From: Okeania sp.
Lineage (GTDB): Bacteria > Cyanobacteriota > Cyanobacteriia > Cyanobacteriales > Microcoleaceae
NCBI RefSeq assembly: GCF_035285525.1
Contig: NZ_JAYKGW010000052.1
Span: forward strand, 1 to 32,000
Direction of reading: 5' to 3'
DNA length: 32,000 bases
Of the stretch, positions 16,128-24,376 are shown piece by piece. The notes below the pieces were generated by a model. That model made no database searches. It was not told the origin of the DNA and saw nothing but the letters and a program-made list of their open reading frames with translations. Each line of letters begins with the position of its first letter. Position 1 is the stretch's first letter. The position numbers and the translations under genes are program-made.

Positions 16128-17357
16128 TTAACAACAATCAGAAGGAGTACAACAATCACTATTATTTTTAATATTTGTTGCTTGATAATCTAAGCCTTTA
16201 GTTTCTCTAGGATGACGAATTTTATTATCTCTACAATCAAAGTTTTCTGCCAAATCTAAAGGAATATTTGTATAAGGTTCAATCGCCAAAAAATCCTGAT
16301 AGTAAGGACCGTTTTTATCTGTATAAATCTGGAAAGTTTTATCACAAACAGCCATTCTTTTTCCTCTATCTAAAATATGACCATCATCATCAACTACCTG
16401 TTTCCACGGACCTTGGTAAATCACAGCTTGATTCCGGTCTAAACATTCTCCTTCCTTCCCTTTAAAAGCACGAACTGTCATAGAACGAAACTCTATCCCA
16501 TCAATGACTTGCCAAGGTTTTTCCTCGCGTTTCAGAATTTCAATCCCATAAAAACCAGCTTCTTCAAACATTTCTAAAAAAACATCTTCTCGAAATGCTC
16601 CAGCAATACAACCACTCCATAATTCCGGGTCATTCATAATTTTTGGAGTCGGAATTTCATCACAGACAATATCCGAAATAACTGCTCGACCGCCTCGATT
16701 TAAAACTCTATAAATTTCCTGAAATAACTTTTGTTTATCTTCAGGACGAACCAAGTTCAACACACAATTAGAAATCACAACATCTACACTATTATCTGCA
16801 ATTAAAGGTTGTTCTTGGCGCAAAGCATTACATTCATATTCAAAAGCAGCTAAAGCATCAATAGATGTAATTGGATTAGCAGTTAACCAGTTTTGCACCA
16901 AGTCTAAATCTAAAGCTAAATCTTGAATTTTTCCCTTGACAAACTTAGTATTTTGATATCCAATTTTGGCAGCAATTTCAGTTTGATATTTCCTAGCTAA
17001 TGCCAACATATCATCATTAAAATCTACTCCAATAACTTGCCCTTGGGCACCAACTTTTTGAGCAATCATATAACAATTTTTTCCAGCACCAGAACCTAAA
17101 TCTACAACTGTTTCTCCAGCAGATATGTAGCGAGTAGGGTCTCCACAACCATAATCTTTTTCAATAATTTCTAGAGGTAAAATATCAAGATAATTTCCTT
17201 GATAATCAGTTGGACAACATAAGCTAGGTTGTACCTGTTGAGCGCCTGCTTGATAACGTTCTAAAACTGCACTTTCTATGTTATAGTTAGCAGTCGATTG
17301 TTCATTTGTAGTTGTATCGTTCATTGATAAATTTTCTTCAAAGTTTTCCCAATTCAT
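16128..17357 (-). CDS. arsM: Arsenite S-adenosylmethionine methyltransferase ArsM
   Basis: The SAM-binding motif is VVDLGSGAGKNC. Conserved Cys sites are LCCPTDY and WSGCIAGA. The tail is Cys-rich (CCTPSDCC). ATG 17357 (MNWENF) is preferred; the track's TTG at 17369 is an alternative. Confidence 0.85.
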   Translation of the reverse strand: MNWENFEENLSMNDTTTNEQSTANYNIESAVLERYQAGAQQVQPSLCCPTDYQGNYLDILPLEIIEKDYGCGDPTRYISAGETVVDLGSGAGKNCYMIAQKVGAQGQVIGVDFNDDMLALARKYQTEIAAKIGYQNTKFVKGKIQDLALDLDLVQNWLTANPITSIDALAAFEYECNALRQEQPLIADNSVDVVISNCVLNLVRPEDKQKLFQEIYRVLNRGGRAVISDIVCDEIPTPKIMNDPELWSGCIAGAFREDVFLEMFEEAGFYGIEILKREEKPWQVIDGIEFRSMTVRAFKGKEGECLDRNQAVIYQGPWKQVVDDDGHILDRGKRMAVCDKTFQIYTDKNGPYYQDFLAIEPYTNIPLDLAENFDCRDNKIRHPRETKGLDYQATNIKNNSDCCTPSDCC

Positions 17358-17652
17358 TATGTCTACCAAATAATTAAACTAAATAGGCAAATATTAAGCA
17401 AAAGTTTAGATTAGACTGTATAAACTTTGTTTCATTTGCTGAAATTATATTGCTTGTCAGCATTTTCTGGGGAATGCTTACTATTGATTTATAATTCTAT
17501 TTAAAACATTAATAAATGAGTATTTCCTGAGAAAAGTTCAAAAATTAGATAAGATTAAAATAAATATAAGCATTTTTGCGGGAATAGGTAGGTTGGCAAT
17601 GGGCAATGGGTCATTTGAGTTATCAGTATAGAGTGAACCTTCGACTAAAGTC

Positions 17653-17722
17653 GGAGGCTTGAAGTACTGAGTTAAATATTTTTCATACCCTTAAAAGGGG
17701 AGGCTTTATAACTCATTTTTTG
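17653..17722. repeat. Dispersed repeat family E
   Basis: ggaggcttgaagtactgagttaaatatttttcatacccttaaaaggggaggctttataactcatttttt. Copies lie at 24041-24110 (direct) and 22575-22625 (inverted). Confidence 0.55.
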
Positions 17723-17813
17723 GTAAGAGTTTTAGAATTTATTTCTAGTTTTTGAATTGTTCTAACCTATTTAGGATTACTATATATATAATCAGTTAAA
17801 TATTGAATTATAA

Positions 17814-17924
17814 TATACAGCAGATTCTACCTTGGTGAGATATAATCGCGGGAGCAAGATGCCCGCACTAAAAATATTTAATTGATTAATATCTTTACTT
17901 CATATACTTGGAATCTGCTGTATA
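17814..17924. mobile_element. MITE-like element with perfect 14-bp TIR tatacagcagattc / gaatctgctgtata
   Basis: TIRs at 17814-17827 and 17911-17924. The left arm is an inverted family D unit. Confidence 0.6.
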
Positions 17925-17960
17925 ATACTCTTTTATTATTAATTATTAATTATTCCTTAC

Positions 17961-18638
17961 TTATAAATTTCGTAAAACATAACCCACTCCTCGGACAGTT
18001 TGAATTAAACGTTTTTCCTGATTAGCTTCTAACTTCAAACGTAAATAACGAACATAAACTTCAATAATATTTGAATCTCCCATAAAATCATAACCCCAGA
18101 CAGTTTCTAAAATTCTATCTCTGGTCAAAACTTGCCGAGGATGAGCCATTAAATACTCTAATAAATCAAACTCTTTTGCAGTTAATTCTATTTCCCTATT
18201 ATTCCGATAAACTTCTCTTGTACTTCTGTTTAAACTGAGGTCTTCAAACATTAATAAATCAGGATTAGGTTCTTGAGTTCTGCGGAGATGTGCCCTAACT
18301 CTAGCTAATAACTCTTCCACACTAAAAGGCTTTAAAACATAATCATCAGCTCCAGCATCTAAACCAGCCACGCGATCGCTCACATCATCCTTAGCTGTTA
18401 ATAAAATAACTGGTACTTTATCCCCAGTAGTTCGGAGACGACGACATAATTCTAACCCCGATAAACCAGGTAACATCCAGTCAAGAATTATCAAATCTGG
18501 CTTAATTTCCCGTGCCGTTGTTAATCCAGTAAATCCATCATTAGTTACAGTTACTTGATAACCTTCATATTTAAGTTCTAGTTCTATAAATTGAGCTAAT
18601 TTTACTTCATCTTCAACTATTAAAATTTGAGAAGTCAT
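17961..18638 (-). CDS. OmpR-family two-component response regulator (REC + winged-helix)
   Basis: ILIVEDE...DLIILDWMLPGLSGLE...LLTAKD...GADDYVLKPF is followed by the OmpR-type output domain (LTAKEFDLLEYLM...VRGVGYVL). No cognate kinase is adjacent. Confidence 0.9.
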   Translation of the reverse strand: MTSQILIVEDEVKLAQFIELELKYEGYQVTVTNDGFTGLTTAREIKPDLIILDWMLPGLSGLELCRRLRTTGDKVPVILLTAKDDVSDRVAGLDAGADDYVLKPFSVEELLARVRAHLRRTQEPNPDLLMFEDLSLNRSTREVYRNNREIELTAKEFDLLEYLMAHPRQVLTRDRILETVWGYDFMGDSNIIEVYVRYLRLKLEANQEKRLIQTVRGVGYVLRNL

Positions 18639-18866
18639 AGTCGATGCCTAAGCTAGTATAAAATCTTCGATTGAGATATATTTGCTAAGAAAACATAACA
18701 AATTTTATAATATCATAGTTTTATATCTATATGTATTTATATTTATTTATGCAAAAATATAAGTTTGATGTGATTATTTTTTTGTATTGACGAAAAAATC
18801 AAACTAGGTTAAACTTAACTTTAGGTACAGTTATGTCCACCATATAAGCTCAATTAATCTCTCTAG

Positions 18867-19007
18867 ATGTCCAGTCAAAGCCGATTTCTTCGCTCAAAAC
18901 GCCTACGAGCAGCCCTTTGGTATGCTGCTAATGGTAAGTGCCAGAAATGTGGATGCGATCTACCTAGAAATTGGCACGCAGATCATATAGAGCGGTGGGC
19001 CGAGACT
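18867..19007 (+). pseudogene. Truncated HNH endonuclease remnant
   Basis: GKCQKCGCDLPRNWHADHIERW fits the first half of an HNH motif (CxxC...H-x-DH). After about 19008 the reading frame runs into repeat sequence and the second half of the motif is missing. Confidence 0.5.
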
Positions 19008-19050
19008 TCCACTAGCACACCAAAGCACTGTAGTAATATTTTTATTCCAG

Positions 19051-19423
19051 TAGGGTGCGTTAGCGGTAGCGTAACGCACCAATACTATATATAGAGTACT
19101 GGTGCGTTGTGCGTTGTGCGCTTTTCATGTCGCCCAGCGTTTCGGCGCTTGAGCCGACATATAAAGCGTAGCTTTGCGGAACGCAAAACCTACCCTACCA
19201 ATAGCGTTCATGGCTTTAGTCCTATAGAAAAAAACCTACTTCTTGACTCAGCTATATTTGCAGCTTTGTCAAGAAATGGTACAAGACCTATCAACCTAAT
19301 GTCGCAACATTTTATCAAACAGGACTTACCCATGCGAAACTAGGTTTCTAGGGTAAATCATTGTTTTTGACAATAAACATCTAGGAGAAACCGGGTTTCT
19401 GGGTTCCCATGGCTTTAGTCCTG
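19051..19423. mobile_element. Nest of MITE-like repeats (gtgcgtt/aacgcac hairpin, gcttttcatgtcgc module, aggacttaccca...ggctttagtcct element at 19321-19423)
   Basis: Sequence modules are shared with 8251-8340, 20470-20538, 2163-2274 and 5787-5885. It contains the agaaaccgggtttct core at 19386-19400. Confidence 0.55.
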
Positions 19424-19434
19424 TCAAATTGCTA

Positions 19435-20250
19435 TTATTCAACTTCCGGTGCAAAAATTGGAAACTTTTCTCCTTTTAAATAAGCATCAAAATTTTGTTG
19501 AAAATAAACCCAAGAAGTCATATTATCCTGCTCCAAAATAGACATAGCAGCATTCTTAAATAAAGGAACACGAGTATTAATTTCATTTTGAATTAATAAA
19601 GGTAATTCTGTCACATTATTCACCTTTCCACCCCAAGCACTATAAATAAGATGACCAGAGCGATCGCCCATTTTCATCCAGGGCAACCACGGACCAACTC
19701 TATCCCATGCCAACATAATTTTAGAAACAGAAGTAGTCTCAGGATTTTGCAAATCTGCCGTTGATACTGTCAACTTAAACAGTTCGGTCGCTTGATAGAG
19801 AGGTTGAGGACTATATTCTGCAAACTGCGGGTCATCCACCAGAGGGTTAGGATAGTTAGAAAATAGGTCAAACTTAAAAGTAGTTAACTCCTCATTCACT
19901 AATGCTGGCATTGGCCTTTTAAATAATCCCTGTACGGGATTATTGGCCACATGAACCACAGGCAAAGTTTCATCAGTCCAGGGATTTTTCCAAATATCCA
20001 ACTTTTTGCCTGTTTCAGGGTCAAGATAAAAGGTCAGTTCCCTAGAAGTAAAGTCCCAACCTCCCTCAGACTTAGGAATACATCTGGCCACACTCATTCC
20101 TACAATATCAAACAAATGCTGTTTTGCTTCTCCTGGAATAAAGGCAAAAACTGAACCATACCAAGTTAGAAAAGATTGTTGAGCATCTGTACTCGCACGG
20201 ACTTTTACCCAGTCTTTTGCCTCAAGTAGTTTTTTTGTGAGATTGACCAT
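19435..20250 (-). CDS. Conserved hypothetical protein, DUF1838-like
   Basis: 271-aa ORF with globular composition (GGWDFTSRELTFYLDPETGKKLDIWKNPWTDETLPVVHVANNPV). The family name is recalled from memory and not verified. Confidence 0.7.
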   Translation of the reverse strand: MVNLTKKLLEAKDWVKVRASTDAQQSFLTWYGSVFAFIPGEAKQHLFDIVGMSVARCIPKSEGGWDFTSRELTFYLDPETGKKLDIWKNPWTDETLPVVHVANNPVQGLFKRPMPALVNEELTTFKFDLFSNYPNPLVDDPQFAEYSPQPLYQATELFKLTVSTADLQNPETTSVSKIMLAWDRVGPWLPWMKMGDRSGHLIYSAWGGKVNNVTELPLLIQNEINTRVPLFKNAAMSILEQDNMTSWVYFQQNFDAYLKGEKFPIFAPEVE

Positions 20251-20469
20251 TCCTTTGCTTTGGTTATTTTTCTATTATTTAATGATACAGGAATTATTTT
20301 TCAGAATACTTAATATCATCTCCGGATAATCAGTCGCGCCAGGAAACAGGGAACAGGAGACTATCACATTTGGACAATTATTATATCCGAGTCATTGCGA
20401 CGCTCACTTCGTCTAATAGGAAGCAATGACGATTATTCAAGTAGATTTTGAAGTTCAGTCTAATATATT

Positions 20470-20538
20470 AGGACTTACCCATGGACCCTATCTGTAGAGA
20501 TACGCTTTTCATGTCGCGTAGCGAAACGCACCCTACAG
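20470..20538. mobile_element. MITE fragment truncating the 3' end of the ATPase pseudogene
   Basis: aggacttacccatgg...gcttttcatgtcgcgtagcgaaacgcaccctacag. The pseudogene's terminal codons and stop lie inside it. Confidence 0.5.
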
Positions 20539-21926
20539 ATAGCTACAACCTTCCGAATATTTAGCTAAAACCTTCAGGATATCTTGTTGCCCTGATGCAT
20601 CTTGCCCTGCTTGCTGCCAAACTCCCGTGAAATAATAGCTCCCATTTTGGAATAGTTCGTTTTGGGCAATGATGGCATCCACATCGGCAACCTTAAAAAC
20701 AGGTTCCCTTGGTTTTCCTTCCTCGAAGGTTTCCTCGTTGTAGCGACCGACAAGTAAAAATCCCAATAGTTGTACTAGGTAGGGTTGTCCGAATGTGAGG
20801 TCATAAATGCGATCCATTGCTTCTGCTTCGTAGATGAGCAGGAACTCTGGCTTGGGGTTAGCAAGGAGTTGTCTGGTTGTTGCTCTATTCAAAAAACCGA
20901 CGCGGATGGGAATGACGCTGGCAAAAAATGGCTGAAAGTAATCTTCTGTCATTTCTTCAAGAGTGTGCAACCCGGCAAAGGCAAAAGCAATTTTCGGACT
21001 CATCTGCACGAACCCCCGCAATACTGCCATGAAGTTAACTGGGAGTTGTTAGATATTAATTAGTTTTTCAATTTCTTCAAATTCATCCAGGGCAATAATT
21101 AAGCGTTTGTTTTCTAATTTTTCAATTGCCTGTTGTAAGTAGAGTTTAAAAGTTTGTTGGGGAAGTTTCAGGAGTTCGTCTGTGTCTGGTGGGGGAAGGT
21201 GAATAGCATCTGAAATTTCATCAGCGATCGCTAAAAATAGCTCACCGATTCCCTGGGAAATAGCTCCTAAAGGTTGGAGGTTCACATAAACAACTTGTGT
21301 ATCTGCACCGGAAGATTTGGCAACATTCCGTAGAATTGATGTTTTTCCCATTGAATATTTTGTAAATCTATATATATTGGTTTTCGAGCTTCATTGAGAT
21401 ATTAACTGGCTTTTTGAGCGATCGCTTTCAACAGAGAAGATTTTCCCACTCCACTCTTGCCAATAATAGCAATACTACCGCCACTATTAAGTACCTCAAA
21501 AATTTTGGTAATTTCTTTTTCCCTATTAAAAAATAACTTTGGATTATCTATAATTCCATTTAAGGGAATAAAAGGATTAGGAAATTTTTCTGAAGATTCA
21601 GTTGGAATATTGGAATTTTGTTTTTCCGTATAGCGATTCTTATATTCTGTTTTTAACCATTATAATAAGATCGGAAACTTATTATTTCCAGTATTATTTA
21701 TCTCTTTTTTAAATTTACGATATACTTGCGATTTTCATTTTTTATAAGTAGCTTCCTCATTCTTCAAATTTTCATTACTCACTACAAGAGGAATAATTTC
21801 ATTATCATCTTTCTCCCAATTTCCTTTTTCAAACCTCGCGAAAAAGAACTTTTGTTCCTTTCGCTCCAATTCATATTCGCGAGAAATTTTATGCAGAAAA
21901 TTACTCCATTCCAATTTGCCATAACC
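20533..21926 (-). pseudogene. Decayed, chimeric P-loop (Arch-ATPase/STAND-like) ATPase gene
   Basis: The minus-strand reading is ...KLEWSNFLHKISREYELERKEQKFFFARF...ATYKK*(TGA 21736-38)KSQVYRKFKKEI...PILL*(TAA 21660-62)WLKTEY...NPFIPLNGIIDNPKLFFNREKEITKIFEVLNSGGSIAIIGKSGVGKSSLLKAIAQKAS*(TAA 21402-04)YLNEARKPIYIDLQNI. A second Walker A then follows in another frame: MGKTSILRNVAKSS...VVYVNLQ...IIALDEFEEIEKLINI*(TAA 21049-51)QLPVNFMAVLRGF.... Confidence 0.65.
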
Positions 21927-22574
21927 TCAACTTCTAGCCGTATTTAGTATAGTTGAAAATCTGCTTTATCACAAAAGGGGGAAATAATATTCCCCTAATT
22001 CCACTTAGTTAAATTCTTTAGGTGTAAGTTTTTGGTTCTTACAGAATCAAGAAATATTTCATATTCTGAAATTGTAGATTGATTGAGGATAAAAAATCAT
22101 GGATAGACAAAATTAATGTTAATAATATGGCTGTTTATTGGTGCGATATAAGAATAATAAAAACTATTATATTTGTCTTCAATGCAGTCGAAAATATTTG
22201 ACAAACCAACCCAAAAATAAATGGGATAAATTATTCCAAATACGAACAGCAATTATAATTACCCTATTAACTTATTTTGCCCCTCTAAATCAAGAAACAT
22301 TAGATACCCAGAAACAAACTATCCAACTTATCAAAAATTCCGTAATTATAACTAGACTAATTGTAAGATTTTACAGGAAATCAATAAACTAACAATCAAT
22401 CATAATGAGTTGAAAAATAACTCCCAATTCTCTGGTATACCACTACGCAAATAGGTTAGGACGTTTATAAATTCTCAAACTCAGTCAGAGATTATTTTTG
22501 AATGCATGAATTGCGTGTAGCGCTATATGTCGCAAACTTTTTTCTAATTGGTATTGACATAAAGAATACTTTTA

Positions 22575-22625
22575 CCAAAAAATTAAGGTCTAAAGACTCC
22601 CCTTTCAATACGGGACATGAAAAAC
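22575..22625. repeat. Family E repeat, inverted copy, followed by ctgataa x3 heptamer tract
   Basis: The reverse complement matches ctttttcatgtcc.tgaaaggggag.ctttagaccttaatttttt. It explains the phantom ORF at 22492-22683. Confidence 0.5.
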
Positions 22626-22820
22626 TGATAACTGATAACTGATAAGTGGGATTAACGGATGAAATAGTTAAAAAAGCTCCCAATTAAGTTAAAATAAAAT
22701 TATACACAATTAACTTTGGTCAGTTCCAATTTTTGGCATTGGTCCTGAGTTAATTGCCAAGTTGTACTTATGTGCATTTAAAAGTGCTAGGTTGCCAGAT
22801 CAGACTTAGGGAGAATAATT

Positions 22821-23138
22821 GTGGCCAAAAAAGACAACATAAAAAAGTCTAATCTTCTCTACCAAAGACTAAAAGAAGCATTAGAAAATGGCAGTAAAGT
22901 CCGCATTGAAGCTGAGGAGAGTTATTACGGTTTCCCTATTACTTTAACAAAAGATTTTGTAGAAATTATGGTCTTAGTGCCACCAGACGAATATGACGAA
23001 GAAGATGATTCTTTTAAACAAGTGACATGGTTAATTCGACTTTCGTCTATCTTTGCGATCGCCTACCCTACAGAATACTGGTCAACGGCAAGATTGGAAA
23101 AATTATTGGAAATAGGTTCAAATGTAAGTAGGGAGTAA
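22821..23138 (+). CDS. Hypothetical protein (105 aa)
   Basis: GTG start with gggag 8-12 nt upstream. Composition is balanced and acidic. It is immediately followed by a good terminator. No family recognised. Confidence 0.5.
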   Translation: MAKKDNIKKSNLLYQRLKEALENGSKVRIEAEESYYGFPITLTKDFVEIMVLVPPDEYDEEDDSFKQVTWLIRLSSIFAIAYPTEYWSTARLEKLLEIGSNVSRE

Positions 23139-23144
23139 AAAGTA

Positions 23145-23182
23145 GGGAATAGGAAACAGAACTTCCTATTCCCTATTTTTTT
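23145..23182 (+). terminator. Rho-independent terminator
   Basis: 11-bp stem gggaataggaa / ttcctattccc with a 7-nt loop, then tattttttt. It lies between convergent genes (22821-23138 + and exbD -). Confidence 0.65.
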
Positions 23183-23208
23183 GAAAAGTGAAAAATACTA
23201 AGATGACG

Positions 23209-23823
23209 CTATTGTGTGGATGTTTCCGGAGCCGGAGGTAACTGATATTGATTAGGATCGACTGTTTTTGCAGGAGTAGGTCGTTGGTTTGACTCGGAGG
23301 GAGTAACCGACTTCTCAGAAGTATTCCCAGTTTCAGTAGTTGTTGTGGGAGTAGGTTGTGGGTCAGACTCAGAGGGAGTAACCGACTTCTCAGAAGTATT
23401 CCCAGTTCGAGTTTGAGGTGAACTAGGTAAAGTTGCTAGAGCTACACGATCACCTCCCACCTCTCGTAATAAATCTAAAACTTGTACAACATCATTGTAT
23501 TTTGCTTCTTTCGGAGCATATAAAACAACAATTCCTGTAGGATTAAATTTATTATATCTACGGACAAACTTTTCCAGTTCCACTGCATTTACTTCTTGTT
23601 GTTCAATAAAAGTTTTTCCCACATCATTGACACTTACAAGTAGCATGTCTTGTGATTGAGCTTTACCTGTGCTAGCTTTAGGTAAATTGACATTAATTGC
23701 TTGTTGACGGGTTAACTGTAAAGCAGCTAAAAGAAAGAAAGTTAGAATACAAAAAATTACGTCAATTAGAGGTATTAGTTCAATTCTAACTTCTTCACTA
23801 GCCAATTCTTGATTAAGTTTCAT
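23209..23823 (-). CDS. exbD: ExbD/TolR-family biopolymer transport protein with repeat-containing C-terminal tail
   Basis: IELIPLIDVIFCILTFFLLAA is the TM segment and is followed by the ExbD periplasmic domain. The tail carries a 75-bp tandem repeat (23291-23332 and 23366-23407 core) encoding TGNTSEKSVTPSES twice. Confidence 0.85.
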   Translation of the reverse strand: MKLNQELASEEVRIELIPLIDVIFCILTFFLLAALQLTRQQAINVNLPKASTGKAQSQDMLLVSVNDVGKTFIEQQEVNAVELEKFVRRYNKFNPTGIVVLYAPKEAKYNDVVQVLDLLREVGGDRVALATLPSSPQTRTGNTSEKSVTPSESDPQPTPTTTTETGNTSEKSVTPSESNQRPTPAKTVDPNQYQLPPAPETSTQ

Positions 23824-23970
23824 AATTTTTTAGTTGTGAGAAATGGAAATTATGCCAAGCATGATAAATGTTTGTTACAAATGGTAGAGGTTATTTCAGT
23901 TATCGGTTATCAGTTACAGTAGATTCCCAGCATCAGAAGTACAGATATTAATAATTAATTAAATGTTTTT

Positions 23971-24110
23971 AGCATCTTGCCCGCGCGGACGTACATCACC
24001 CTTGCTGGAATTTGCTGTATCAGTACCTCTCAGCTTAAACCAGAGGCTTTAAATACTGAATTGAAACTTTTTCATGTCCTTGAAAGGGGAGGCTTTAGAC
24101 CTTATTTTTT
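23971..24110. repeat. Family D unit (23971-24023) + family E unit (24041-24110) in the exbB-exbD spacer
   Basis: The sequence matches copies at 4817-4876 and 17814-17868, and at 17653-17722. It explains the phantom ORF at 23977-24159. Confidence 0.55.
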
Positions 24111-24376
24111 AGTCAGGAAGAAGGAAGAAACCTTTAACAAAACAAAAAAGGATAAATGAATGATAGATATAACTATCTAAATTAATTCTAGCAGCTATTT
24201 TTAAGCATTTCCAATCAGCATCTAGCTTTTGACAACATTCTTTTTTCAAAATGGCATTACTGATAAATGATAACTAAAAATGACTAATTATTAATTCTCT
24301 AATAACAACAGATTTTTATCTGACTTCCAACTTACAAATCATCTAATTGCTAGATTTTTATTCAGTTATTATTGAG

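Noticed and set aside
19107-19343. 78-aa ORF (MCVVRFSCRPAFRRL...)
   Set aside because: It lies entirely within the nested MITE-like repeats, and its sequence modules recur non-codingly at 8251-8340 and 20470-20538.
20321-20326. TCCGGA palindrome (heterocyst DIF-type promoter motif) upstream of the DUF1838-like gene
   Set aside because: On the gene's strand the only TANNNT-like hexamer (tattct) is 12 nt downstream. That is too close for a -35/-10 arrangement, and a single hexamer is not evidence.
21726-22683. ORFs 21726-21947 (+), 22138-22392 (+) and 22492-22683 (-)
   Set aside because: The first is antisense to the N-terminal fragment of the ATPase pseudogene. The second is an AT-rich ORF with a TTG start and no motif. 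The third is composed of a family E repeat plus a heptamer tract.
23977-24159. 60-aa ORF in the exbB-exbD spacer
   Set aside because: It is made of family D and family E repeat units that occur non-codingly elsewhere.
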